The notes beneath the pieces were generated by a model. That model had not been told where the DNA came from, did not search any database, and saw nothing but the letters and a program-made list of their open reading frames with translations. The position numbers and the translations under genes were made by a program. A stretch of DNA of 64,000 nucleotides from Candidatus Margulisiibacteriota bacterium (GTDB lineage Bacteria; Margulisbacteria; WOR-1; O2-12-FULL-45-9), in assembly GCA_043816785.1 (NCBI GenBank), contig JBDRHP010000011.1, positions 1-64,000 of the forward strand, in the 5' to 3' direction. Positions 19,289 through 29,975 of this stretch are shown here, one piece after another; positions within the stretch are counted from its first letter, which is position 1, and each line of letters starts with the position of its first letter.

Positions 19289-19417
19289 TTATTTGCGGCG
19301 TTTTGTTCTCTTTCTGCCGCGAGCCATCTTAGCGCGAGAAATGTCACCCTTCTTGTCGATGAAATAAAGGTAACCCTTCTCTTTCTTAATACCGCATTTC
19401 ATAACTTTTTCTGCCAT
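19289..19417 (-). CDS. 42-aa highly basic small protein
   Basis: MAEKVMKCGIKKEKGYLYFIDKKGDISRAKMARGRKRTKRRK; strong AAGGAGGTGA SD; hairpin directly downstream. Confidence 0.8.
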   Translation of the reverse strand: MAEKVMKCGIKKEKGYLYFIDKKGDISRAKMARGRKRTKRRK

Positions 19418-19423
19418 GTCATT

Positions 19424-19933
19424 TCACCTCCTTTGTCTTATAACTTCGTATAGCGTGATCCCGGTTGCTACCGAGGCGTTTAGAGAGCTTGTCTCTCCCT
19501 GCATCGGGATGCGCACTACTTCGTCGCATCTTTCTTTGACCAATCGGGCCAACCCGCTGCCTTCGCTTCCGACGACAAGAGCAAGCGGGACTTTAAAATC
19601 TGCCTCATTATATAATCTTTTACCGTCGATTTCAACCCCAATCACGACGATAGCTTGGTTTTTTAAGGAGGAGATCGCTTCGGCGATGTTGGGCACGCGG
19701 GCGACAGCGACATTCCTGGCCGCGCCGGTCGAGACCCGCATCACGGTATCATTTACCTGGACCTGGCGCGCCTTGCGGATAACCACGCCGTGAACGCCAG
19801 CAGCTTCAGCCGTCCTTAAGATCGCGCCAAAGTTGTGCGGATCTTCAATGCCGTCGAGGATCAAAATGAACAGGGGTTCGTTCTTCTTGGCCGCGATATC
19901 CAGCAGGTCGTGTAATTTCTTATATTCAAACAT
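19424..19933 (-). CDS. SPOUT/TrmH-family RNA methyltransferase (RlmB-like, catalytic domain only)
   Basis: LDGIEDPHNFGAILRTA, VGSEGSG, IPMQG..SLNASVA; only 169 aa. Confidence 0.88.
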   Translation of the reverse strand: MFEYKKLHDLLDIAAKKNEPLFILILDGIEDPHNFGAILRTAEAAGVHGVVIRKARQVQVNDTVMRVSTGAARNVAVARVPNIAEAISSLKNQAIVVIGVEIDGKRLYNEADFKVPLALVVGSEGSGLARLVKERCDEVVRIPMQGETSSLNASVATGITLYEVIRQRR

Positions 19934-21122
19934 TGCTTAAAGCGCGTTCAAATATCTTGAGCGCCTGGTCGATCTGGGCTTTATTCACGATAAGGGGAGG
20001 AACAAAGCGCATTACTGTGCCGCCACCGCCGGTTGGGATCAGGATCAGGCCGTGTTTAAGGCAATAATTCATGATCTGGCTGACAAGAGCAGCTTCCTTA
20101 AAATCCACGCCGATCATTAGTCCTATACCGCGGACATCTTTGATCACAGGATATTTAATTCGAAGTTTTTCCAGGGCTTTCTTCATGTAGCTGCCCATCC
20201 GGCTAGCGTTCCGCAGTAATTTACCTTGTTTAATGACCTCGATCGTAGCGATGGCTGCAGCGCAGCAGACTGGATTGCCGCCAAAGGTCCCGCCATGCGA
20301 GCCGGGAGACCAGTTTTTCATTATCTTGGCTGGCGCGGCAATGCCGGCCAGAGGAAACCCAGAGGCCAGCCCCTTGGCCATGCAGATAATATCCGGCCTC
20401 ACTCCATAATGGTCGATAGCGAACCATTTACCAGTGCGGCCAATGCCGCTCTGGATCTCATCCACGATCATCAGAGCTTTATATTTTGTACAAAGCTGGC
20501 GAATGCCTTTAATCAAGGCTTTGGATAACTGGATATAGCCGCCTTCACCCATGATCGGTTCAAGGATCAGGGCCGCGACATTTTTCGTGCGCAGTAGTTT
20601 TTCAACTGATTTAAGATCAGGTTTAGCAATGTAGACTTTTGGCAGTAATGGTTCATAACCATAGCGGTATTTCATTTTTGATGTGGTCAACGACAGGGCG
20701 CCCATGGTGCGGCCATGAAATGCTCCGCGCAAAGCAACTAAGCCCGGTTTTTTAGTTACATATTTTGCCAACTTAAGAGCGGCCTCAACCGCTTCTGAGC
20801 CGCTTTGACAGAAAAAGAATTGGCCGTTCTTGAACGGGACGATCTTAGAGAGTTTTTCAGCCAGAACAACGTAGGGTTCATATTCAGCCACGCCGATACA
20901 TATATGTATAAGCTTGGCGGTCTGTTTCTGGGCTGCTGCCACTACCTTGGGGTGAGTATGACCTGTTGTTGCCACAGCAATGCCTGACGAGAAATCGAGA
21001 TATTTTTTGCCACTGCCGCCAGTTAAATAACAGCCCTTGGCTGATCTGATCTCAAAACCAGGGAAATAGCGACCTAAGACCGGAGAGGAGACTTTTTTGG
21101 CTCGTTCATATAGGTTTTTCAT
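19926..21122 (-). CDS. Class III PLP aminotransferase (GabT/ArgD-like)
   Basis: YLDFSSGI, SGSEAVEAA, FHGRT, EPIMGEGG, DEIQSGIGRTG, AKGLASG, HGGTFGGNP. Confidence 0.92.
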   Translation of the reverse strand: MKNLYERAKKVSSPVLGRYFPGFEIRSAKGCYLTGGSGKKYLDFSSGIAVATTGHTHPKVVAAAQKQTAKLIHICIGVAEYEPYVVLAEKLSKIVPFKNGQFFFCQSGSEAVEAALKLAKYVTKKPGLVALRGAFHGRTMGALSLTTSKMKYRYGYEPLLPKVYIAKPDLKSVEKLLRTKNVAALILEPIMGEGGYIQLSKALIKGIRQLCTKYKALMIVDEIQSGIGRTGKWFAIDHYGVRPDIICMAKGLASGFPLAGIAAPAKIMKNWSPGSHGGTFGGNPVCCAAAIATIEVIKQGKLLRNASRMGSYMKKALEKLRIKYPVIKDVRGIGLMIGVDFKEAALVSQIMNYCLKHGLILIPTGGGGTVMRFVPPLIVNKAQIDQALKIFERALSNV

Positions 21123-21165
21123 AGCGGGTTTATTATACGCATATTTCATGTTATACTTCAACCGT

Positions 21166-23373
21166 ATGCTGAAGAAAAGTTGGCCACTGATTTTTTTCTT
21201 TTTCTTTGTTTTTAGCCTGGCTGCTCAAGCTGATTTTGTCCCCGGCCAGGTGATGGTTAAGTTCAAGCCCGGGGTGGTGAGTATTCCCCAGGGCATGAGG
21301 GCGTCCTCAATCCAAGCTGCGAGCATTAGAGCTGCTTCGGTCAGCGCATTAAATACTAAGCATGGAGTTTACCGCATTGAACAACTTTATGCCAAAGTGT
21401 TGGAGATCAAGCCTGAGTGGACTGATGAATTGGGCGACCAATACATCTTGATTTTTCCAGAAGAAGAAGATGTGGAAGGAGTTGCCAGGGACTACAAAAA
21501 TAACTCCAACATTGAATCAGCCGACCCAGTTAGTATAGTCCATGCCTTTGCTACCAACCCGGATGACCCGCGCTTTGTCTCTGGCGATCAGTATGGCTTG
21601 AATAACATTAATGCGCCGCTGGCTTGGGACAGAACAACTGGCTCCACCGGCATTACTATTGCTGTGATGGATACGGGCCTGGATTATAATCATGAAGATA
21701 TGCAGGGCAGGGTTAACTTAGCCGATGCCTATGATTTTGTTAATAATGATACTGACCCCATGGATGATCACACAAACTCCCACGGCTCTAGTGTTGCCGG
21801 CGTAATTGGCGCAACAACAAATAATGCTATAGGGGTGGCAGGCGTTGATTGGCAGGCCAAGATCCTGCCGATCAAGGTGCTGGATAATAATGGTGATGGC
21901 AGCATGAGCGATATTTTGCAGGGTTTAGCCTGGGCCAGAGCCAAGGGAGCGGACGTTGTTAACATGAGTTTTGGCCAGTATACCGCTGACTCAAGCTTGC
22001 GCCAAGCTTGCTTATCGGCTTACAATGATGGGCTTGTTTTGGTGGCAGCTGCGGGCAACGGCAATGTTGATTGGCCTACTTATCCTGCTTATTACCCCAC
22101 TGTCATAGCGGTAGCAGCTGTTGATTCAAGCGACCAACGCTCAGTCTGGTCGTGGACTGACCCCATTACCGGCCAAACACAGGCCTCAAATTATGGAACC
22201 TGGGTGGATGTTTGCGCTCCAGGGACGCTGATCTGGTCAATTGCCAGAAATGATAATTATTCAACCAGCAGCGGAACCTCTTTGGCTTGTCCTTTTGTTT
22301 CTGGTTTAGCTGGCCTGATCAAGGCGGCTAACCCGGCCTACACCAACCAGGAGATAATGGAGAAGATCTCCAGCGAGGCAGATAATATCGACAGCTTAAA
22401 TCCTGGCTATGTGGGAAAACTGGGGGGCAGGATCAATGCTTATCTTGCTGTGGCTGGGGCCGTGGCCAATATTTCTTCGCCAGCTGATGGGGCTTATGTC
22501 GCTGGCACGGTAGCGGTTACTGGCTCAGCTGGTGGCTGGGATTTTCAAAGCTATAGACTGGAAGCATTACAGGGAAGCAGTTTAGTTGCCACGATTGAAA
22601 CGAGCACGGCTAGTGTGGAAAGCGGTGTTTTGGGCAGTTGGAACACTGCGGGAATCAATGGCCAGTACATTATTCGCTTACAAGTTGAATCTGTGTCTTC
22701 AAATACCGAAGAAAGCCAGGTTTCCGTATATGTTGATAATTCTACGCCCGAGGCAACGATCTATTACCCGGCAGACGGAGCTAGTATCGCAGGGACGCTA
22801 ACTATTCTGGGAACTGCTGAAGACCAATATATTGACCATTTTGTCCTGGATTACGGTCAAGGGGCTTCGCCAGCTAGTTTTGTGACGATTAAGACGGCTT
22901 ATTCTTCTGTCAGCGGTGGGATATTGGGAACGTGGGAGACTGCTGGGTTGAACGGGCAGTATGCGGTCAGACTGAGAGTTTATGATAAAGTTGGCAATGT
23001 CGTAACTAAAACGGTGACACTCACTCTGCAGAATTCCGGCCCGGTGGCCAAAGAAGCAGAGCCCCAGCCAGGGTTCCCAATTGTCTATACCTCAGAAAAT
23101 CCCTTTGATAAGTCTGAAACTTCTGAGATCACTTTTATTTATACTCTGGCGGGCAATTTTGACACAAAAATCTATCTTTTCGATCTTAGCGGCAACCTGG
23201 TTTGGCAGAAGAGCTATTCTACCGGAGAAAATGGAGGCAAGTCTGGTGTCAACAACCCCAGCTGGACCGGCCAGGATTCAAATGGTGCTTATGTTTCCAA
23301 CGGTGTTTATCTCTATCAAGTGGTGGCTGATGGCCGGCCGCTAGCCAGAGGCAAACTGATAATTCTCAACTAA
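21166..23373 (+). CDS. Secreted S8 subtilase with Ig-like domains and a FlgD-Ig/T9SS-sorting-like C-terminal domain
   Basis: AVMDTG, HGSSVAG, AAAGN, SGTSLACP catalytic motifs; C-terminal ENPF...IYLFDLSGNLV...WTGQDSNG..VSNGVYLY...KLIILN. Confidence 0.9.
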   Translation: MLKKSWPLIFFFFFVFSLAAQADFVPGQVMVKFKPGVVSIPQGMRASSIQAASIRAASVSALNTKHGVYRIEQLYAKVLEIKPEWTDELGDQYILIFPEEEDVEGVARDYKNNSNIESADPVSIVHAFATNPDDPRFVSGDQYGLNNINAPLAWDRTTGSTGITIAVMDTGLDYNHEDMQGRVNLADAYDFVNNDTDPMDDHTNSHGSSVAGVIGATTNNAIGVAGVDWQAKILPIKVLDNNGDGSMSDILQGLAWARAKGADVVNMSFGQYTADSSLRQACLSAYNDGLVLVAAAGNGNVDWPTYPAYYPTVIAVAAVDSSDQRSVWSWTDPITGQTQASNYGTWVDVCAPGTLIWSIARNDNYSTSSGTSLACPFVSGLAGLIKAANPAYTNQEIMEKISSEADNIDSLNPGYVGKLGGRINAYLAVAGAVANISSPADGAYVAGTVAVTGSAGGWDFQSYRLEALQGSSLVATIETSTASVESGVLGSWNTAGINGQYIIRLQVESVSSNTEESQVSVYVDNSTPEATIYYPADGASIAGTLTILGTAEDQYIDHFVLDYGQGASPASFVTIKTAYSSVSGGILGTWETAGLNGQYAVRLRVYDKVGNVVTKTVTLTLQNSGPVAKEAEPQPGFPIVYTSENPFDKSETSEITFIYTLAGNFDTKIYLFDLSGNLVWQKSYSTGENGGKSGVNNPSWTGQDSNGAYVSNGVYLYQVVADGRPLARGKLIILN

Positions 23374-23378
23374 CCCTC

Positions 23379-26300
23379 TTAAAAGTTTAGGCTACCCTCA
23401 AAAGTTGTTAACGAAGCTATAAAGTCGTCGGCGGAGCTGTTTAAGTTTTTATAGTCTACCGTTTTTACCGAGGCGATGAAAACAAAACTTGACAGCACCG
23501 GGTTATCCACCGGCAGCGTAACGTTTAAGCTGATCGTTTCCGTGACCTTCTTGATATTCAGATCGGCGACTGAGCCGGCTTGGACTTCTCCTCCGTTGTG
23601 TTCATCCTGTCGGTCATAAACAAGCGTTCCCCAACTGAAAAGCTGGTAGGTTACCCTGCTGTCAATTATGGTTTTGGTGCGCGCCTCAGGAGAGACTTTC
23701 AGGTCTTTAATAACCTTGGTTGTTTTGATGTTGTAATTGCTGCCAAGGCTGAGCGGCGGGATAGGCGTAAAAGTGAGCCCGGCATTGATAGTTTTGTTTT
23801 CGGTTTCTGTATCAATCATGCTGGCTGCGATAGGGTGATCGTTTTTGTTCTTATAGTTTTCCAGAGTGAAGCCCAGATTGATCGGCACATTCGGGTGGGG
23901 CGTAACGTTGGCTGTGTAATTTTGGGAAAAAGTATTGGTGTTGGTAGCAATGCCTTCGAAACTCCCGGATGGGGCGGTTTGCAGATTGTCAGACAGGCTG
24001 AAGCGTGAAGAAAGCTTAAAAATGTTATGGGAGATCGGGTTCCAGTTTGTATTGTAGGTGTGGGAGCGGCCGGTAGTTTTAAAGTTGATGCCGGTTTCCG
24101 GGATTGATTCACTTTGCGAACCGCTCCAGCCTGCGGACAGCCAGCCAAAGGGCGAATATGTGGTGTTGGCGCTGGTTCGCTCAGTTCTAGGGTTAACGCC
24201 GCCAACCACCACGGTTGAGCGCTCCTGCCGGTTATGATCCATGGAAGTGCTCAACTGGCTGAACGGCACCAGATCCATATGATAGGTTTCGTTCTTGGTG
24301 GTGTTAACCTCCTCAGTAGAGAGAAAGTTCTTAACCAGGGTTTCTCCCTTATGATCCAACAGGCTGACGCGGGTAATCCATTTGTCAATCGCGCCAAAAG
24401 TGAGATCAGTTGTAAGGGTGTACGAATTATCAATGGCGCGCGTGTGGGATGAAAGGGCTTCTCTGGTTGCCTCAGTCGTGCTGGTCAAAAGGGAGAGGGC
24501 CTTTGGTTCGCTGATCTGATAATCATAGCCGACGGATACCCGATCTGTAATTTTTAGGCTGCCGTTGGCGTGTTGATAATCAATGGTTGATTGGGAAAAA
24601 GCGTTGCTGTCGCGCTCAACATCTGACTGGGAAAAGGTCTTTCTCAAGTCGTATTTCTGCGTCAAAGTCAGCACGCCGCGCTTCCATTCTGTTGGCGTCA
24701 AACCAAAAGAGTGGGACTCCTGCAGGGTGTCGGTGCTATGGGTGGTGACAAGCTGTGACAGGTCGTCCATTGTCCGGTAATTGCGGTAGCTGTAATCTAC
24801 CAGGGCTTTGTCTCCTGGATTGATGCCAAGAGAAATTGAATTGTCATAACTCCGCAGAAAGCGGTCACGTGCAGTGCCGACAGGGTTATCATTTTCTTTG
24901 TAGGAGTAAGCAGTAGAGAAGGACTGCCAGCCCGGGCTAAGTTTAACATTGTATTCTTTATATTTGGAGCCCAGGCCGATCGCCGTGCCGCCCATGGGCG
25001 TAAAATCAAAGCCGATCTGCTTGGTGCTGCCGCCGATAGTCAGGACATCACCAAACAACTTGGTCTCGGCGCCCAGCTTGTAAGCTGAGTCAGTCTTTAC
25101 AGATTGGCCGACAACAATACCAGTTTGCGACTGGTATTTGTATTCAACGGCGATCGCGTCTAAGCTGGTGGGGGTGATGTAGTAAAAGGTTATCAGGCCC
25201 GGGCTGGAATAGCTGATAAAATAATCAATGTCCTTGTTCAGGAGATTGTTGTTGACCGAAATTTTTTCACTGCCTTCAATGATATCCTTAGTGGAACCCA
25301 AATTATAATTTTTAGTGCTATTCCCGGTAAAACTTTCATAAGTTGTTTCAGCCACAAACACCTGATCGGTTTCGCTTTTAGCGTACGCGGTTTCTATCTT
25401 AAAAATCTCTCCGATCTTGAAGCTGCCGTCAAAGCCGTAGACCGATTGCGCGATATCGCCGCCCTCAAAGGCGCGCGGCGGGACATATTGATAAATAATC
25501 TGGAAATTTTTGGTGGTGCTCAACTCATTATTAAAAGTAACTGAGGGGTTATCAGCGTTATAATTAATGGAATAACCCGTGGCTCCTGCATCCGCGTCAA
25601 AACTTGAGTTCCGGGTATAAGTGCTAATGACCGATGAGCCCTGCTCCCAGACCTGGACGGTTTCCGAGCCAGGCACGATATTGCGGATATTTCTTAAATA
25701 ATACGGGCCGCGGGTGCTGTCGCCAACATCAGAATATCGGCCAACAATGCTTTTGTCATAAGTATAGGTTACAGTAACTGAGCTCGTCGCTGTAATCGTT
25801 AGTGGGTTAATAAAAAGGATTGTGCCTGTGCCATAGCCGTCTGTTGGATCGTCAAGATCATTGATGTAGGCGAGTGCGGCTTCTGGCGATACCATAATGT
25901 TGCCGGTTGCGGGATTGATCATAGTTGTTGGAATGGCGTAATCAACCTCTGGCGTGAGTTCGACGCCATCAACCTTGATGATAAAGGTGGCGCCCGATTC
26001 GCTGGTCGGGATGATTGGCCGATTTTGCAGATACCAGAGATAATTATTGCTGATGATCTCTGAGCCGCTGGCACTCTCAATGATGGTTGAGGTCGCGGTG
26101 CCAGCGCTTTTTTTGGCTGATTCTCTAAGATAGGTCGTGCCGATCTTTAATTCTCTGGGAAATTTTGAAGGCGGTGCTATTGGTAAGGCCATAACATTGA
26201 ATCTATAACTAGCTTTGACCTGGGAGGTGGGGCCGATGACCACACCAAAGGTTATCTCGCCTTTAACATAGTTAATGGTATAATCCAGATCGCGGACAAA

Positions 26301-27479
26301 AAGTTTGCTATCAACTTCGATTCGTTCGCTTTCCGGCACAATGTTTTGCCGGCTAAACTGGTAGGGGCCGCGACTACCAATGCCGGCCAGGGTCTCTGTT
26401 TCAGCCGAGGTTTGATAGTATTGGTACTCTACCACCAGGGCCTCGGTAGTTGTTGGCAGGAAGCGGGTCAGCAGCTTAATTTCTCCCTGGGCATAGCGAA
26501 TGATGTAATCTTCGTTCTTTCTGAGCTGGGTTCCCATAAAGGTCAGTTTTTCACTGAAATTAACCACTGGCTTGTTTGTTAAGCGATATTGCCCAGAAGC
26601 TTCTTGCTCCATCACCTCCGGCTCAACCGATCCGCTGGTGGGTAAGGTTTCGTTAGCTGAGTTGATCACTGGTTCTGGTTGTGGGGCAGGTCGGCCAAAC
26701 TCTTCCGGGTCAATAGTGAATCTTGATTGAAAACCAAAGAAATCCCTCTTGGAAAGAGCTGGGAAAAAGAGGTCCAGGATATTGGTGAATTCAAAGGTGT
26801 ACTTGAATTGGTCAGCCTCGGTTAAGATCTCATTAAAAGTTACCTTGCCCTCAAAATAATCAATGGTGTAGTCTGTGTTGCGGCTGAGCAGCACATCATT
26901 AAGCTCAATCCTTTCTGAGCCCTCCACGATCGAGCCATGGCCTAAATTGTAAGGGCCCTTGGTGTTGGTGCCATTTTGAGCGGTCAGGTTTTGCGTTTGG
27001 CTTTTGAGCTTGGCAGAGGGGACGGCCACCACATCGTACCAGCCATCCTTAGCTGTTAGCATGACACCATTCAGGAATTTAGAAGCGGAAGCGAACTCGT
27101 TACCTGTGAAATTAGCTGTAAAATCACCAAAGGTTAACTCGTTGTTGTAATATTTGACCTTTACATCATAGCGGTCCGGCGTTTCCGGCTGCTGCTCAAG
27201 ATCGTAGGTGACCGCCAGGTTTTCAGACAGCTGCCCGATTATCCTCAGCTGCAGCCTTTCCTGCCAGGGGCCGCCGGTGAAGGTGGGATAATATCCGCCC
27301 AACTGGGTCAGGCCTGAGAAGTAGTTCTTGGCTGGAGTTACGTCGGCCTTTTTATATTCCCACTTTTTAAAGCCGGAAATGTCCAGCTGGGGGTAATTAC
27401 CCTGTTGGGCCAGGGCGCAATTGACGAGGGAAAAAGCAATAATTGAAGCTAGAAATATAAATTTCAGAAATCTGCTCAT
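23379..27479 (-). CDS. Large outer-membrane protein, SprA/Sov-like
   Basis: Signal peptide; repeated IV.GSE.I......DY.I.Y..G.ITF modules; long beta-strand-rich C-terminal half ending in Phe. Confidence 0.55.
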   Translation of the reverse strand: MSRFLKFIFLASIIAFSLVNCALAQQGNYPQLDISGFKKWEYKKADVTPAKNYFSGLTQLGGYYPTFTGGPWQERLQLRIIGQLSENLAVTYDLEQQPETPDRYDVKVKYYNNELTFGDFTANFTGNEFASASKFLNGVMLTAKDGWYDVVAVPSAKLKSQTQNLTAQNGTNTKGPYNLGHGSIVEGSERIELNDVLLSRNTDYTIDYFEGKVTFNEILTEADQFKYTFEFTNILDLFFPALSKRDFFGFQSRFTIDPEEFGRPAPQPEPVINSANETLPTSGSVEPEVMEQEASGQYRLTNKPVVNFSEKLTFMGTQLRKNEDYIIRYAQGEIKLLTRFLPTTTEALVVEYQYYQTSAETETLAGIGSRGPYQFSRQNIVPESERIEVDSKLFVRDLDYTINYVKGEITFGVVIGPTSQVKASYRFNVMALPIAPPSKFPRELKIGTTYLRESAKKSAGTATSTIIESASGSEIISNNYLWYLQNRPIIPTSESGATFIIKVDGVELTPEVDYAIPTTMINPATGNIMVSPEAALAYINDLDDPTDGYGTGTILFINPLTITATSSVTVTYTYDKSIVGRYSDVGDSTRGPYYLRNIRNIVPGSETVQVWEQGSSVISTYTRNSSFDADAGATGYSINYNADNPSVTFNNELSTTKNFQIIYQYVPPRAFEGGDIAQSVYGFDGSFKIGEIFKIETAYAKSETDQVFVAETTYESFTGNSTKNYNLGSTKDIIEGSEKISVNNNLLNKDIDYFISYSSPGLITFYYITPTSLDAIAVEYKYQSQTGIVVGQSVKTDSAYKLGAETKLFGDVLTIGGSTKQIGFDFTPMGGTAIGLGSKYKEYNVKLSPGWQSFSTAYSYKENDNPVGTARDRFLRSYDNSISLGINPGDKALVDYSYRNYRTMDDLSQLVTTHSTDTLQESHSFGLTPTEWKRGVLTLTQKYDLRKTFSQSDVERDSNAFSQSTIDYQHANGSLKITDRVSVGYDYQISEPKALSLLTSTTEATREALSSHTRAIDNSYTLTTDLTFGAIDKWITRVSLLDHKGETLVKNFLSTEEVNTTKNETYHMDLVPFSQLSTSMDHNRQERSTVVVGGVNPRTERTSANTTYSPFGWLSAGWSGSQSESIPETGINFKTTGRSHTYNTNWNPISHNIFKLSSRFSLSDNLQTAPSGSFEGIATNTNTFSQNYTANVTPHPNVPINLGFTLENYKNKNDHPIAASMIDTETENKTINAGLTFTPIPPLSLGSNYNIKTTKVIKDLKVSPEARTKTIIDSRVTYQLFSWGTLVYDRQDEHNGGEVQAGSVADLNIKKVTETISLNVTLPVDNPVLSSFVFIASVKTVDYKNLNSSADDFIASLTTFEGSLNF

Positions 27480-27507
27480 CGAGATTAATTATATCACAGC
27501 TGAAAAA

Positions 27508-28749
27508 TTATGCTTGATATTTTTTGACGATCAGAATGGCATTGTGGCCGCCAAAGCCAAAAGAATTTGACATGGCGATATCCACGTTCTGTTTGCGGGC
27601 TTGGTTGGGGACATAATCCAGATCGCATTCCGGGTCCGGCGTCTGGTAATTTATGGTGGGAGGGATAATTCCCATGTTGATCGTAAGGATGGAAGCGATC
27701 AGCTCCACTGCGCCGGTCGCGCCCAAGAGGTGGCCGATCATCGATTTATTGGAACTGATCGGGATCTGCTTGGCTTTTTCTCCGAAGACTGTTTTTATGG
27801 CCATGGTTTCGTATTTATCATTTAAAGCGGTTGAGGTGCCATGGGCGTTGATATAGTCGATTTGCTCCGGCTTGAGATTGGCATCTTTTAACGCTGCTCG
27901 AATGGCTCTAACCGCGCCTTCGCCAGCTGGGGCTGGCGCAGTAATGTGGCTGGCGTCGCCGCTCATGCCGTAACCAATGACTTCGGCATAGATATTGGCG
28001 CCGCGTGCCTTGGCGTATTCCAGCTCTTCCAGAATAACAATCCCGCTGCCTTCGCCCATAACAAAGCCGTCGCGGGTTTTATCGAAGGGTCGGCTGGCAA
28101 CTTCTGGCTCGTGATTGTGCGAAAAAGTCAGGGCCCGGGCCGCGCAGAAACTGGCCACGCCCAGCGGAGTAACCGAGGCTTCAGTTCCGCCGGCAATCAT
28201 GGCTTTAGCTGCCCCGCGCTTAATAATTTCACAAGCGTCACCGATCGCATTGGTGCCGGTGGCACAGGCCGTGACCACGCAGGAATTTGGCCCTTTGGCC
28301 CCGAGAATAATCGAAGTGTAACCCGCGGCCATATCAGCGATCATGTAGGGAACAGTAAACGGACTGAGTTTGTCCGGTCCCTTGGTCATCAGGTTTTTGG
28401 CCTGCTCTTCCAGAAAGCCTATTCCGCCGATGCCTGAGCCGATCAGCACCCCGATCTCAGCCGCGTTTTCAGGCGTGATCTTCAAGCCGGCATCCTTGAC
28501 CGCATTTTGCGAAGCGGCGATCGCGAACTGGATAAAACGGGCCAGGCGACGCGCTTCTTTTTTTTCCAGATAATCAACCGGGTTGAAATCTTTGACCTCA
28601 CCGGCGATCTGCGCGGGAAATGCGGTCGCGTCAAAATTCGTGATCTTGCCAATCCCGCTTTTGCCGCCGCTTAAATTGTTCCAGAATGTTTCTTTGCTAT
28701 TGCCGGCTGGAGAAATAACCCCCAGGCCGGTTATTACAACCCGAGTCAT
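27508..28749 (-). CDS. fabF: Beta-ketoacyl-ACP synthase II
   Basis: [38 protein letters not shown]. Confidence 0.97.
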   Translation of the reverse strand: MTRVVITGLGVISPAGNSKETFWNNLSGGKSGIGKITNFDATAFPAQIAGEVKDFNPVDYLEKKEARRLARFIQFAIAASQNAVKDAGLKITPENAAEIGVLIGSGIGGIGFLEEQAKNLMTKGPDKLSPFTVPYMIADMAAGYTSIILGAKGPNSCVVTACATGTNAIGDACEIIKRGAAKAMIAGGTEASVTPLGVASFCAARALTFSHNHEPEVASRPFDKTRDGFVMGEGSGIVILEELEYAKARGANIYAEVIGYGMSGDASHITAPAPAGEGAVRAIRAALKDANLKPEQIDYINAHGTSTALNDKYETMAIKTVFGEKAKQIPISSNKSMIGHLLGATGAVELIASILTINMGIIPPTINYQTPDPECDLDYVPNQARKQNVDIAMSNSFGFGGHNAILIVKKYQA

Positions 28750-29705
28750 GCGGTAACCTCCTCTGCCTCTTTGACCAATTCTTTGATGATCTCAGCCGCA
28801 GGCTTGATACTACGGTCTTTTATTTTCCAGACGTTGGCCCCGGAAAATACAATGCCGTTATCAATATCGCCATGCTGTGAATTTATTAAAGCCTGGATGA
28901 TGCAATACTCCAATGAGCAATTTTTTAAACAGAAATCACAGCCAATTGGTTGGGGAGCATCCTTGCGCAGCAATTTTTCCACAAAAGCAGTTTTTAGGGC
29001 GCGGCCAGGCAGGCCGACTGGCGAACTGATCTTGACCACATCATCCTGGGTCGCCTCTTGATAGCGTTTCTTATAGGGCAAGGCAGCATTGCATTCGGTC
29101 GACAACACGAAACGCGTTGCGATCTGCACTCCGTTGGCTCCAAGTTTAAGCAGGTCCACGATATCCTGGCCGTTGGTTATGCCGCCAGCAGCAACTACCG
29201 GCAGACTGGTGGCACGTCTAACCTCTGGCAGGATCTCTTTGATGGAGCGATCAGTGCCCAAATGGCCGCCGGCTTCAGTTCCTTCAACCACGATGGCCGC
29301 CGCCCCTAATTTATCAGAGGTCTTGGCTAACCTGGCGGAAGAGACAATTGGGACGATCGGGGTATTGTTCTCCTGCCCGACTTTAAAAATGTCTCGGGAA
29401 AAACCAGCCCCGACAAAAACGAGGTCGATTTTTTCCTTGATGGCAGTCTTAACAATACCCCAGAATTCCCGGGCAGCGAACATGATGTTGATCCCAATGA
29501 TGCCACCCTTGGCTTTAGCCCTGGCCAGCCGGATTTCTGAAGCTAATTCTTCAAAGGTCATGCCCGAAGCGCCGATCACGCCGATGCCGCCCGCCGCGGC
29601 CACTGCGCCAGCCAGCTCCCCAGTGGAGATCCTGATCGCCATGCCTCCCTGGATGATCGGGACTTTGGCAGTAAAATTAGCTATCTTTAATTCCGGCAAT
29701 TTCAT
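28746..29705 (-). CDS. FabK/FabX-like flavoprotein (nitronate monooxygenase family) with C-terminal Cys cluster
   Basis: [42 protein letters not shown]. Confidence 0.85.
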   Translation of the reverse strand: MKLPELKIANFTAKVPIIQGGMAIRISTGELAGAVAAAGGIGVIGASGMTFEELASEIRLARAKAKGGIIGINIMFAAREFWGIVKTAIKEKIDLVFVGAGFSRDIFKVGQENNTPIVPIVSSARLAKTSDKLGAAAIVVEGTEAGGHLGTDRSIKEILPEVRRATSLPVVAAGGITNGQDIVDLLKLGANGVQIATRFVLSTECNAALPYKKRYQEATQDDVVKISSPVGLPGRALKTAFVEKLLRKDAPQPIGCDFCLKNCSLEYCIIQALINSQHGDIDNGIVFSGANVWKIKDRSIKPAAEIIKELVKEAEEVTA

Positions 29706-29711
29706 AATAAC

Positions 29712-29957
29712 CTACTTCTTGGCATGAGACATAATATAACTGACTGTGTTGCCAATTGTCTTGATCTTTTCGGCGTCCTCGTCCGGGATCTCGGTGCTAA
29801 AAGCCTCTTCCAGGGCCATGACCAGCTCCACGGTGTCTAATGAGTCTGCGCCCAGGTCATCCACAAAGGAAGCTTCGCGGGTGATCTCTGATTCGTTAAC
29901 TCCTAATTGTTCTACAACCACTTTCTTAACTTGATCATATACTTGTTGTTCTTCCAT
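29712..29957 (-). CDS. acpP: Acyl carrier protein
   Basis: [18 protein letters not shown]. Confidence 0.97.
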   Translation of the reverse strand: MEEQQVYDQVKKVVVEQLGVNESEITREASFVDDLGADSLDTVELVMALEEAFSTEIPDEDAEKIKTIGNTVSYIMSHAKK

Positions 29958-29975
29958 TCCGTCACCTCCTTTGCT

